This document shows, one piece after another, positions 1 to 8,972 of a stretch of DNA of 64,000 bases. The position numbers and the translations under genes are program-made. Numbering within the stretch: position 1 is the stretch's first letter; each line of letters begins with the position of its first letter. The DNA lies in NCBI GenBank assembly GCA_030041545.1, contig JASHNQ010000028.1:6150-70149 (forward strand). The letters run 5' to 3'. The notes beneath the pieces are model-generated. The model made no database searches and had not been told where the DNA came from. It saw only the letters and a list, made by a program, of their open reading frames with translations. The stretch comes from a candidate division FCPU426 bacterium (GTDB lineage Bacteria; Oederibacteriota; Muellerivitia; Muellerivitales; Muellerivitaceae).

Positions 1-267
1 GCCCTGCGGGTTTACGAGCAAGCCGGGCGCATGTTGGGCGTGGGCCTGGCTTCCGCCATCCACCTTTTGAACCCCGGCATGGTGATCTTAAGCGGCGGCG
101 TGGCCGGGGCGGGGGATTTGCTGGTGAAACCCATGATGAAGGAACTTCGGAAACGCTGTTTCAAGAGCCATTTGAAGGGCTTGAAATTCCGCATGGCCAA
201 ACTGGGAGACAACATGGGCGCGGTGGGAGCGGCACGGCTGGCCTGGCAATCCTTGAAAGTCAAATAA
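1..267 (+). CDS. ROK family sugar kinase/regulator, C-terminal part (begins before window)
   Basis: LASAIHLLNPGMVILSGGVA...LGDNMGAVGAA is the typical ROK C-terminus; frame open from base 1. Confidence 0.85.
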   Translation, partial: ALRVYEQAGRMLGVGLASAIHLLNPGMVILSGGVAGAGDLLVKPMMKELRKRCFKSHLKGLKFRMAKLGDNMGAVGAARLAWQSLKVK

Positions 268-438
268 AGTTTTGTTGGAAAAAGGCCCTTTCCGGGCCTT
301 TTTTCCGAATAAAAAAGTTGCGTTTGGCGGGGGCTGTGCCTAAAATACCGGCTTTCAACGGCCTGGCGCTTGGGCGTAGGGCCGTTGCGTTGTTGAAATA
401 GTGGTCGACCACTATTTTTACTTTTAAGGAGGCTTTTA

Positions 439-666
439 ATGAAGCGTTTCTTTGCTGCGTTGATGGCTGTGATGTTCCTAGGCGTGACCAGCGTGGTTTT
501 GGCGGATGATACCGCCGCTGCCCCGGCCAGCGCTTCGGCCCCGGCCCCTGCCGCTACTCCGGCCAAGGCCAAGAAAAAGAAGAAGAAGAAAGCCAAGAAG
601 ACCGCCACTCCGACCGCGGATTCTTCTTCGGCTGCTCCGGCTGCTGCTCCGGCTTCCGCCCAGTAA
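439..666 (+). CDS. Small secreted Ala/Pro/Lys-rich low-complexity protein
   Basis: SD AAGGAGG upstream; signal peptide ending VLA-D; poly-Lys tract; followed by terminator. Confidence 0.75.
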   Translation: MKRFFAALMAVMFLGVTSVVLADDTAAAPASASAPAPAATPAKAKKKKKKKAKKTATPTADSSSAAPAAAPASAQ

Positions 667-720
667 TCACGGCGCCAAGTCCGTTGTGGTTTCAGGTTGC
701 ATGACCTGAAACTCCAAATC

Positions 721-754
721 ATCGGGCGGACCGCAAGGTCCGCCCGATTTTTTT
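721..754 (+). terminator. Intrinsic terminator
   Basis: 12-bp stem ATCGGGCGGACC / GGTCCGCCCGAT, GCAA tetraloop, T tract. Confidence 0.9.
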
Positions 755-975
755 GCGTTCTTCCATCCCAGCCTTCCTCCCTGACTGGCCTAAGAGTCCC
801 TAACAAAAAACGCTCACCACGAAGTGGTAGAGGTTCTAAGTCTACCCCGCGTGATTTGACAAATTTCATCGTTTGGGAGAAAATCAATGGATTAAGGTTC
901 TATAAGTCATTCAACGCCTTGCCGCGACCATTGCCCTAAAGATGCGGATTCTTGGGGTTTTTTTAGGAGGTTTTT

Positions 976-1275
976 TTGTATCGTTTACCTTTCTTTGCCT
1001 TCCCGCTATTTCTTTCCTACGGTTTGTCCTCCTGCTATGACTGGGCTTATTACCAGCAAAACCAACAAATGAACCAGACCCAACCCTCCCCTGATTCAAC
1101 CGTCATCCAGGACACGGTTTACTTGAACGATGGTTCCATCATCCACGGAAAAATTATCGAGGAAATCCCGGATACCAGCCTCAAAATCCAAACAGCCTCC
1201 GGAAATGTGTTCACGTACCAAATGAGCGACGTGCAGAAGATCACCCATACCCGGGTGCCGGCGGACGGAAGTTAA
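976..1275 (+). CDS. Small lipoprotein carrying a DxVYLxDGSIIHG beta domain
   Basis: SD AGGAGG, TTG start, lipobox-like LSSC; domain paralogous to the N-terminal domain of the next gene. Confidence 0.7.
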   Translation: MYRLPFFAFPLFLSYGLSSCYDWAYYQQNQQMNQTQPSPDSTVIQDTVYLNDGSIIHGKIIEEIPDTSLKIQTASGNVFTYQMSDVQKITHTRVPADGS

Positions 1276-1391
1276 GAAGGCCGGAACTTCGGGTGGGAAA
1301 CTTGGGACGCCTGAGGGTGGATTGGGCCCAGGGCGGAAGGGCCGCCAGCGGCGGCTTCAAGGCTGGGAATCAAACTAGTGGGAGGGGTTTT

Positions 1392-2285
1392 ATGGGGAAG
1401 TGGGGAAAGTTTTTGGCGTTTTTCGGTTTTATAACGATTTTGGGAGCCTATGGAATCGCCAAGGCGGAGGACGTGGTTTACCTGAAGGACGGCTCGATCA
1501 TCCATGGGATGATCATCGAGGAGGTGCCGGGCGTTTCCATCAAGATCCAAACCAACGACGGGAACGTATTCGTTTATAAGGTCAAGGACGTGGAGAAAAT
1601 CACCCACAGCGCCGAGAATACCGGCACGGGGAACAGCCCAGCGGTCCTACCCAAAGCCCTGGTACGGGACCCCAACGCCAGGTTCAACAAATTCGGCCTT
1701 TTCTTCAGCGGGGGTTTTTGGGCCCCCGGCGGCACACAGCAGTTCAACAATGACCTTGAAAGCGCGAGCGGCAGCGACGATTACGATTATCTTCCGGGTT
1801 GGTTCAAGTTTGGTTTGGGGTTTGGCTGGTACACCAATAATTTCGCCTTGAAATGGGATTTCCAGGGAACCATCCAGCCCAATGATTACTTCCTCGACGA
1901 TGAGACGATAGACACTTACATTCTTTATGGCGGGATGGAATTGGAAGGCGATGTGGGTATTGATATGATCACAAATAAGGACAATGTTTTCACAGTATAC
2001 CTCCCCTTCATCGTCGGCGTTTGGGGCGAGGAATACTCAGCCTCCGGCACTGTTGCCAGCGACACCTACGACGGTGTCTGCACGGACTTTGGAACGGGCG
2101 TCGGAATCCGGGGATTCGATACCAGCAACTTCCTTTGGGACTTCCAAATGGTTTACCGCTTTTCCGACGGCGGTTACCTCAAGGACGCCAACGGTTCTGA
2201 AATCCCATACGTGGACGGAAAATACATCTATGCCGACGTCGCCGGGCTCGACTTGAATTTCCAGCTCGGGCTTTTGTTCCAGTAA
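1392..2285 (+). CDS. Secreted protein: N-terminal small beta domain plus probable outer-membrane beta-barrel
   Basis: SD GGAGG, signal peptide ending AKA, amphipathic aromatic-rich strands, C-terminal FQLGLLFQ. Confidence 0.7.
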   Translation: MGKWGKFLAFFGFITILGAYGIAKAEDVVYLKDGSIIHGMIIEEVPGVSIKIQTNDGNVFVYKVKDVEKITHSAENTGTGNSPAVLPKALVRDPNARFNKFGLFFSGGFWAPGGTQQFNNDLESASGSDDYDYLPGWFKFGLGFGWYTNNFALKWDFQGTIQPNDYFLDDETIDTYILYGGMELEGDVGIDMITNKDNVFTVYLPFIVGVWGEEYSASGTVASDTYDGVCTDFGTGVGIRGFDTSNFLWDFQMVYRFSDGGYLKDANGSEIPYVDGKYIYADVAGLDLNFQLGLLFQ

Positions 2286-2299
2286 GTCCTTTTGCCGTG

Positions 2300-2336
2300 A
2301 AAAAAGCCGTGGGGCGCCCGCCCGACGGCTTTTTTG
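2300..2336. terminator. Bidirectional intrinsic terminator between convergent genes
   Basis: AAAAAAGCCGT...ACGGCTTTTTT stem with A/T tracts on both sides. Confidence 0.8.
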
Positions 2337-2372
2337 TTTCGCGGGAACCCGCCGGGCCGGTGGTCGGCGCCC

Positions 2373-2398
2373 GAAATCGTCGGTCACCGCGCCCTGGC
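2373..2398 (-). repeat. Orphan copy of the ilvD 3' end (25/26 identical to 2475-2500)
   Basis: Direct comparison; encodes QGAVTDDF; single mismatch is synonymous (GGC vs GGT). Confidence 0.85.
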
Positions 2399-2471
2399 CC
2401 TTCGATGCGCTTCGCTTACTCAGGGCATTCCCCAAGCCCTTCTTTCAATGGCCGATCCGGCTGGCACCTAA

Positions 2472-4154
2472 TTAGAAATCGTCGGTCACCGCACCCTGGC
2501 TCGCCGAGGAAACCAAGCGGACGTATTTGCCCAGCACTCCCTTGGGGTAAGGCGAAGGGATGGGCTTCCACTTGGCCTTGCGCTTCTTCAACTCCGATGC
2601 GGCCACGTGGAGCTCCAATTTCTTCTTTTCAGCGTCAATGGTGACCTTGTCGCCGTCCTTAATGAGGCCGATGGGCCCGCCCACCTGGGCCTCGGGGGCG
2701 ATATGACCGACCACCAGGCCATGGGTGCCTCCGCTGAAGCGCCCGTCGGTGATAAGCCCCACCTTTTCCCCCAACCCTTGGCCCACCAGGGCCGCCGTAA
2801 TGGCCAGCATTTCCCGCATGCCGGGGCCGCCCTTGGGGCCCTCGTAACGGATGACCACCACGTCGCCCGCCTTGATCCTTTTCTTTTGGATGGCCTCGAA
2901 GGCCGCTTCCTCGCCGTTGAAAACCTTGGCTGGCCCCGTGTGGGTGACGGCCTTCAACCCGGAAATCTTGGCCACCGCGCCTTCCGGGGCCAAATTGCCC
3001 CTCAAGATCACCATGGGGGCGGTGGGGTAGAGGGGTTTGTCCAGGGGGCTGATGATGGGCTGGTTTTTCGAAAGGGGTGCGGCCAGCTCCAGGTTCTCCG
3101 CCACCGTCTTGCCGGTGACGGTCAGGGAGTCTCCGTGCAGGAGCTTCGCCTCCAGGAGCAGTTTCATGACCGCGGGGATGCCGCCGATGCGGTCCAGGTC
3201 CGCGGCTACGTGTTTTCCGCTGGGCTTCAGGTCCGCCAAGTGGGGGACCTTCTTGCCGATGCGGTCGAAATCCTCCAGCGTGAGCTTGACACCCACGGCC
3301 TTGGCGATGGCGATCAGGTGCAGCACGATGTTGGTGGAGCCGCCCAGGGCAAAGCCCACGGTGATGGCGTTCTCAAAGGCTTTTTTGGTCATGATGTCCC
3401 TGGGGCGGATGCCCTTCTTCAGGAGCTCCACCACGGCCTGGCCGGCCCGGTCGCAGATCAGGCGCTTGGGCTCGCCCACAGCGGGCTGGCAGGAATCGTG
3501 GGGCAGGGCCATGCCCATAGCCTCGATGGCCGAGGCCATGGTGTTGGCCGTGTACATGCCGCCGCAGGAGCCGGGCCCGGGGATGGCGCATTTCTCGATC
3601 CGCTCCAGCTTGTCGTGGCTGATCTTATGGGAACTGTATTGGCCCACCGCCTCGAAGACGGAGACAATGTCGATGTCCTTGCCGTCGCACTTGCCGGGAA
3701 GGATAGTGCCACCGTAGATGAAGATGGCGGGAATATTGAGGCGCCCCATGGCCATGAGACAGCCTGGCATGTTCTTGTCGCAGCCGCCGATGGCCACCAG
3801 GCCGTCAAAGCGCTCGGCGTTGGAAACCACCTCAATGGAATCGGCGATGACCTCGCGGGACACCAGGGAGAACTTCATGCCCTCGTGGCCCATGGCGATG
3901 CCGTCGGAAACCGTGATGGTGCCGAAAACCTGGCCGAAACCTTCGGCGGAAATCACCCCCCGCTTCACCCGGTCGGCCAGCTCGTTCAAGTGCATGTTGC
4001 AGGGGGTCACCTCGCTCCAGGCCGAAGCCACGCCGATGATGGGCTTCTGGAAGTCCTCGTCCTTGAACCCCACGGCCCGCAGCATGGCGCGGTTGGGGGC
4101 CCGTTTGTCCCCCTCGGTCATCATCGATGAACGCTGATTGAGCTTGGTCTTCAT
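2472..4154 (-). CDS. ilvD: Dihydroxy-acid dehydratase
   Basis: [47 protein letters not shown] motifs. Confidence 0.97.
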   Translation of the reverse strand: MKTKLNQRSSMMTEGDKRAPNRAMLRAVGFKDEDFQKPIIGVASAWSEVTPCNMHLNELADRVKRGVISAEGFGQVFGTITVSDGIAMGHEGMKFSLVSREVIADSIEVVSNAERFDGLVAIGGCDKNMPGCLMAMGRLNIPAIFIYGGTILPGKCDGKDIDIVSVFEAVGQYSSHKISHDKLERIEKCAIPGPGSCGGMYTANTMASAIEAMGMALPHDSCQPAVGEPKRLICDRAGQAVVELLKKGIRPRDIMTKKAFENAITVGFALGGSTNIVLHLIAIAKAVGVKLTLEDFDRIGKKVPHLADLKPSGKHVAADLDRIGGIPAVMKLLLEAKLLHGDSLTVTGKTVAENLELAAPLSKNQPIISPLDKPLYPTAPMVILRGNLAPEGAVAKISGLKAVTHTGPAKVFNGEEAAFEAIQKKRIKAGDVVVIRYEGPKGGPGMREMLAITAALVGQGLGEKVGLITDGRFSGGTHGLVVGHIAPEAQVGGPIGLIKDGDKVTIDAEKKKLELHVAASELKKRKAKWKPIPSPYPKGVLGKYVRLVSSASQGAVTDDF

Positions 4155-4187
4155 GATTTCCTTTCTAAATTTGAAATAAAGGCTTTT

Positions 4188-4286
4188 TAACCACCAAGCA
4201 CACCAAGGTCACCAAGAACGGCTAAGAAAAAATAGAATTTTTGGTTGAAAGCTTTTCTTGGTGGTCTTGGTGACCTTGGTGGTTCA
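4188..4286. repeat. Palindromic intergenic element, 9-nt-period family (AACCACCAAG... / ...CTTGGTGGTT)
   Basis: Inverted arms of three CACCAAG-type units around an AT-rich spacer. Confidence 0.85.
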
Positions 4287-4291
4287 AATTC

Positions 4292-4732
4292 CTATAAGTA
4301 TTGAAGCACTTCCTGGCTGTGGCCTTCGGGGTTGACCTGGGGAAATAATTTCTTGATCTTGCCATCCTTGCCGATGACGGCCGTCACCCGGGCGCTGTTG
4401 CCCTTTTCCATCCGGAAAGCGTCGTAGGCCTTGGAAACGGCACCGCCCATGTCCGACAGCAGGGGGAAGTTCAGGTGGAATTTCTCCGTGAAGGCCTTGT
4501 GGCTGGCGTTGTCGTCCACCGACACGCCCAGCACCACCGCGTCCTTGGCCGTGATTTGGGAGATGTCGTCCCTAAAGCTGCAGGCCTCCTTGGTGCATCC
4601 CGGCGTGTCGTCCTTGGGGTAAAAGTAAAGCACCACGTTTTTCTTGCCCTTGAACTGGGACAGTTGGACGGTGCTCCCGTCGGTGGCTTTGAGACTGAAA
4701 TCGGGAGCGGGGCTTCCTTCTTGGAGCGGCAT
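4292..4732 (-). CDS. bcp: Peroxiredoxin, BCP/PrxQ type
   Basis: YFYPKDDTPGCTKEACSFRD active-site motif; SD AGGAGG. Confidence 0.93.
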   Translation of the reverse strand: MPLQEGSPAPDFSLKATDGSTVQLSQFKGKKNVVLYFYPKDDTPGCTKEACSFRDDISQITAKDAVVLGVSVDDNASHKAFTEKFHLNFPLLSDMGGAVSKAYDAFRMEKGNSARVTAVIGKDGKIKKLFPQVNPEGHSQEVLQYL

Positions 4733-4810
4733 GCGAACCTCCTGGGATCGAAATGAGAGGGCATTTTAGTGCCGGTGTCGAACGGACTCAAGAAGGACAA
4801 AAAGTTTATG

Positions 4811-4898
4811 AACCACAAAGACACAAAGGGCACTAAGGAAGAATAAAAATCTTTAAATTCTTAGGTCTTTCGCTGTTCTTGGCGCCTTGGCGGTGAAA
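4811..4898. repeat. Palindromic element, 9-nt-period family
   Basis: AACCACAAAGACACAAAGGGCACTAAG ... CTTGGCGCCTTGGCGGTGAA. Confidence 0.75.
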
Positions 4899-4903
4899 GT
4901 GTC

Positions 4904-5806
4904 TTAGCCTTTTCGGGGGGCGATTTTCTCGAGGGACTGCAGCAGTTCGCCGGTAACCGTACCCAGGCAGATTTCCTCCACGGGCCCGCGCATGGTCAGC
5001 TCGAAATCCCTGCCGACCTTGAGGAAAAGGTCGCCGCCGGGCATGTGCAGGGTCAAATCCCCGTCGGTTTTCCCGGTCTTCACGCAGACGGCGGCCACGG
5101 CGCAGGAGGAGGAACCGGAGGCCAGGGTGTAGCCCGCCCCCCGCTCCCAAATGCGGATGGAAACTTCTCTGCGGTTGTCGACCACCGCGAATTGCACGTT
5201 GGTGCGGTTGGGAAAGAGCGGGTGTTTTTCCAGGATGGGCCCGATCTCATGGGCCCACTTCTCAGCCTCAGCGATGTCCTTGGCGAAGACCACGCAATGG
5301 GGATTGCCCATGGAAACGCAGTTGATGGCCAAGCCGTCACCGCCCGGGGAAAGAGGGATTCGCTTATCCAGGACCTCGGCTTCGGCATTGGGAACGTTGA
5401 CCGGGATCTTAGCGGCCTTGAACTCCGCCTTCCCCATGTCCACGGTGACGGCCGCGGCCTTGCCGACCACCAAGTGCAGCTGGGCCTGGACCTTGCCCCC
5501 GGCGGTCTCGATCTCGAAAAAGGTTTTTTCCGTATAACCGTGCTCAAAGAGGAATTTGCAGAAGATTCTCAGGCCATTGCCGCTTTTTTCCGCCTCGCTG
5601 CCGTCGGGGTTGTAAATCCTCAATTTGGCGAGCGAGGAGTTGGATTTTTCCAGGGCCAAGATTCCGTCCGAGCCCACGCCCGTATTGCGGTTACAGACGC
5701 GGATGATGTTTTGGGGAGTCAGTTCGAAAGAAAGCGCGGCGGGGTCCATGACGAGATAATCGTTGCCCAGGCCGTGGGACCGGACAAATTGGTTTTTTGA
5801 GAGCAT
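4904..5806 (-). CDS. dapF: Diaminopimelate epimerase family protein with Ser at both catalytic Cys positions
   Basis: HGLGNDY, YNPDGSEAEKSGNGLR, SMGNPHCV, FPNRTNVQF, WERGAGYTLASGSS motifs. Confidence 0.88.
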   Translation of the reverse strand: MLSKNQFVRSHGLGNDYLVMDPAALSFELTPQNIIRVCNRNTGVGSDGILALEKSNSSLAKLRIYNPDGSEAEKSGNGLRIFCKFLFEHGYTEKTFFEIETAGGKVQAQLHLVVGKAAAVTVDMGKAEFKAAKIPVNVPNAEAEVLDKRIPLSPGGDGLAINCVSMGNPHCVVFAKDIAEAEKWAHEIGPILEKHPLFPNRTNVQFAVVDNRREVSIRIWERGAGYTLASGSSSCAVAAVCVKTGKTDGDLTLHMPGGDLFLKVGRDFELTMRGPVEEICLGTVTGELLQSLEKIAPRKG

Positions 5807-5833
5807 TTCAAATCCTTTGACATAAGTTATCAA

Positions 5834-6739
5834 TTAATCCTTTGAATAAGGATAGGCTCGCCGCCGAAAATCCGTTTTCCCCTTAACACAAAATAAATTC
5901 GTGTAATCCCCGCTGCCGCCCCACTTGCGTTTCAACAACTGGGCGGCGGCGACCGGCTTGACCGTTTTTTCCTTCTCGGAGATTTCCAAGAGACGGAATC
6001 CCAAGGCCTGAAGGTCCCGCAGGTACTTGCGGGGGTCGCTTCCGAAGGCCTTCAGGGCGCCCGGCGAGAATTCCGTCACCAGCTTCAGGCCCTTGTTTTT
6101 CCGGATCAGCCCTTTCATGCCGTCCAGGGCCGCGGCCTCGGCGCCTTGAATGTCCATTTTAATGAAATGCACTTCCGGGCCCCATTTTTTAAGGTATTCA
6201 TCCAGGGCCAGGGTCTCGATGGCCACCGATTCGCGCCCGTCGCGTGGGTTGTAAATGCGGTGGTCGCCCCGATTGACGGGGTTCAGGTAGAGCCTGGCCG
6301 ATCCGCCCTTGTTGGAGAGGGCCTTGCTCACCATCACCACGTTGCGGTGGTAGCCGTTGGCCGCCGTGTTTTTTTCCAGGAGCTTGAAGTTGGCCGGGTC
6401 GGGCTCGAAGGCGTAAACCCGGCCCTTGGGTCCCACCGCCCTGGCCGCCAGGAGCGTGTAATAGCCGATATTGGCACCCACGTCCACGAAAGTCTGGCCG
6501 GGCTTGAGGTATTCCCTTAAAAGGGCCGTTTCCATGGGTTCATAAACCCCGTGAACCGCCAGCTCCAGGGTGTCCTTGTCGTCCAACCACATGCGGTGGC
6601 CCTGCACCATCACCGATTTGGGCTTCAAAAGCTTAAACAACGTGTCATAGGCCCAGCGCAGGACCTTGATGCGGCCCAGGCCGTGGCCGCCCATTTGATA
6701 GTAAATGCCCTGAAGCAACGAGAAAAAAGGGTTTCGCAA
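5834..6739 (-). CDS. FkbM family methyltransferase
   Basis: FVDVGANIGYY, VYAFEP, FIKMDIQGAE motifs. Confidence 0.9.
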   Translation of the reverse strand: MRNPFFSLLQGIYYQMGGHGLGRIKVLRWAYDTLFKLLKPKSVMVQGHRMWLDDKDTLELAVHGVYEPMETALLREYLKPGQTFVDVGANIGYYTLLAARAVGPKGRVYAFEPDPANFKLLEKNTAANGYHRNVVMVSKALSNKGGSARLYLNPVNRGDHRIYNPRDGRESVAIETLALDEYLKKWGPEVHFIKMDIQGAEAAALDGMKGLIRKNKGLKLVTEFSPGALKAFGSDPRKYLRDLQALGFRLLEISEKEKTVKPVAAAQLLKRKWGGSGDYTNLFCVKGKTDFRRRAYPYSKD

Positions 6740-6754
6740 GTGTCCGAGCGCCTC

Positions 6755-6854
6755 AAATTATGAATTTTGAATGTTGAATTTTAAATTATGGGCGTTTTCA
6801 ATCAAAGATTGAAAACTTTCATCAATTTAAAATTTGAAACTTAGAATTCAAAAT
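6755..6854. repeat. Inverted heptamer-tandem element (GAATTTT-type / AAAATTC-type arms)
   Basis: AAATTAT GAATTTT GAATGTT GAATTTT ... AAAATTT GAAACTT AGAATTC. Confidence 0.75.
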
Positions 6855-6857
6855 GGG

Positions 6858-8972
6858 TCATCTCCGTACCCATTGGGAATAGAGAAAAGCGATACAGGTT
6901 ATCAACGCCCAAAGCGCCAGCCCCACCCTTATGGGCGTCCACCAGGCCGGCTCAAACTTGAACTCCACCTCATGGTGTCCGGCGGTCAAATCAAGGGAGC
7001 GGAGGATTTTGTCGGCGGTGGTAAGGACGGCCGGTTGTCCGTCCACCCAAGCCTTCCAGCCGGGATACATGGTTTCGGTGAACGCCACCTGGCCGGCTTG
7101 GGGCAGGTCCACCGAGAAGAGCTGGCCCTCGGTTTCATCCTTTTCCAGCCCGCATTGAATGGAAACGGGCCCCAAAGCCAGGGCGGGGGATTCCCTATTC
7201 CGGTAAAGAAGGTAAGGCGGGAAGGATTCCTTTTTAAAACCCGGAACGGGCCCGAAGTCGGTCTGGGTCAGGAATCCGCCCACCGCGCCCAACCGAACCA
7301 CCACCGGGAAGGGCAGGGCGCCGACGTCCATCTTGGCCTGCAATTTGAGGGGGTCGTATCCGCCGAGATCCTTGATGCCCAAGGCGCAGGCGGCGTTTTG
7401 GGGATAGTTCACGAGGTACTTTTTGCCTTCCACTTCAATGGGATAGTACATCTCCTCATTGATGAATATAAGGCGGCCAGGTTTCACCGAATCCGCGGCC
7501 CGCAGGATGGCCTGGGATTTTCCCGCGAAATCGAAATTGGAGGCGGGGCCGGGCACGAAATCAGCCCAGCCGCTCAACAGGAGGGGCAGGGAAAGGGAGG
7601 CCAGGACCAGCCCTCTTCCAAACCGCTTCAAGCGGGATAGGACGTGAATTTCCAAGCCGATCAATCCCATCCCCAGGGCCAGGATCTCCCGCCCGTTTTG
7701 GGCGGGCCTCCCGAGGGCCAAGAGGCACAGGACGAAAGCATAGGACAAGGGGGACTTCCAACCGATGGCCGCCTTCGAACCGCCCGAAAAGAAAAAGTCC
7801 CAGCCCAAGGCCGCCAGGGCGGAGGCGGCCAAGACATAGAGGTAAAGAAAGCGGTAGGGAACCCGGACCAAGGAAAAACCCGGCAGGACGGCGGAAACAA
7901 AGAGGTGAAGCGGCGTGAACCGGCCTAAGCCATAAAGCAAAGACAGGCCGGCGAAGGCCGAGAGAAAGGCGGGCAGGATTTTTTCCCTGGCCCTCCAGGC
8001 GCCCCAAACGAAGAAGGGAATCCAGGCGCCGAGGTAACCCCAGTTAGCGGCCATGGGGAAATCAGGCTTGTCCTGGCCGGGCTGAAGCGCGACGGCCATA
8101 TCCTCATCCTTCTGCAAGGTCATGCGGGGGAAAAGGAATTGGCCGAGGGTGGCGGGATTCAGGGACAATTTGGAATTTAATTTCTCCGATTGGGAGTCAG
8201 GTGTGTATCGGTCGCTCAACCGGGCGAATTCCAAGGTGGGGATGAATTGGCCCAAGAGCGGCAAGGCGCCCCATAAGGCGAACAAGGCCAAAAGCGGAAA
8301 GGCGTGAAAGGTGAAAAGGGAATGGATTTTACCGTGCTGAAAACAGCGGAAGAGGAAATAAGCCAGGCCGCCGTAAAGAGCCCCGACGGTCACTTGGAAA
8401 CTTCCACAAAGAAAAAGCATCGCAAAGCAAAAACCCGCGAGAAAGGCGTTTAAGGGTTTTAGATTTTTGACTAAATGCTCCAAGCGGGAAAAGAGCCAGG
8501 GCAGCCAGGCAAAGGCCGCCAGCACGGGCGGGTGGATGATTTCCAGCCAAAAGAAGCCGGAAAGGGAAAACAACAAAGCTCCCACGCGGCAGGCGTTTTC
8601 GGAAAGGCCCAGCGACCTCAGCCACAGGTGCATCCCCAGGGCCGCCAGGGCCATGTGGAGGAAAAAGAAGACGCTTAAACCCATTGGCACGGAAAAGGGA
8701 AGGGTCGGCCAATTCAAGGGGTACAGCATCATGTTCTGCAGGTCGGCGAAAAAGGGCTGGCCGCCCAGCAAATAGGGGTCCCAAAGGGGGAAACGGCCTG
8801 CGGCCAGCTGGATCCTCAGGAAGGCGCGCCAAGGGCCGAATTGGGCCAAAAGGTCGTTGTCGAAATAGGCTTGGCCCCGGAAGAGGCATGGGAAAAAGGC
8901 GGCCAAGGCGACCACCAGGTAAAGGCCGATGGTGAGGATGGCCGGGGGCGGGTTAAGCTTGGGCGGCTTCAA
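6858..8972 (-). CDS. YfhO-like polytopic membrane protein (putative GT-C glycosyltransferase)
   Basis: FPLWDPYLLGGQPFFADLQN N-terminal motif, many TM segments, C-terminal YPGWKAWVDG...GHHEVEFKF; TTG start inferred. Confidence 0.85.
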   Translation of the reverse strand: MKPPKLNPPPAILTIGLYLVVALAAFFPCLFRGQAYFDNDLLAQFGPWRAFLRIQLAAGRFPLWDPYLLGGQPFFADLQNMMLYPLNWPTLPFSVPMGLSVFFFLHMALAALGMHLWLRSLGLSENACRVGALLFSLSGFFWLEIIHPPVLAAFAWLPWLFSRLEHLVKNLKPLNAFLAGFCFAMLFLCGSFQVTVGALYGGLAYFLFRCFQHGKIHSLFTFHAFPLLALFALWGALPLLGQFIPTLEFARLSDRYTPDSQSEKLNSKLSLNPATLGQFLFPRMTLQKDEDMAVALQPGQDKPDFPMAANWGYLGAWIPFFVWGAWRAREKILPAFLSAFAGLSLLYGLGRFTPLHLFVSAVLPGFSLVRVPYRFLYLYVLAASALAALGWDFFFSGGSKAAIGWKSPLSYAFVLCLLALGRPAQNGREILALGMGLIGLEIHVLSRLKRFGRGLVLASLSLPLLLSGWADFVPGPASNFDFAGKSQAILRAADSVKPGRLIFINEEMYYPIEVEGKKYLVNYPQNAACALGIKDLGGYDPLKLQAKMDVGALPFPVVVRLGAVGGFLTQTDFGPVPGFKKESFPPYLLYRNRESPALALGPVSIQCGLEKDETEGQLFSVDLPQAGQVAFTETMYPGWKAWVDGQPAVLTTADKILRSLDLTAGHHEVEFKFEPAWWTPIRVGLALWALITCIAFLYSQWVRR

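Noticed and set aside
12-887. 291-aa minus-strand ORF
   Set aside because: Overlaps two supported plus-strand genes and a terminator; its poly-Phe is the antisense of the poly-Lys tract.
2607-4130. Long antisense ORFs (also 41545-43584, 46021-47037, 47407-48429, 49016-50209, 61082-62158 and others)
   Set aside because: They mirror well-supported genes on the opposite strand; typical shadow ORFs of high-GC codon usage with no motifs.
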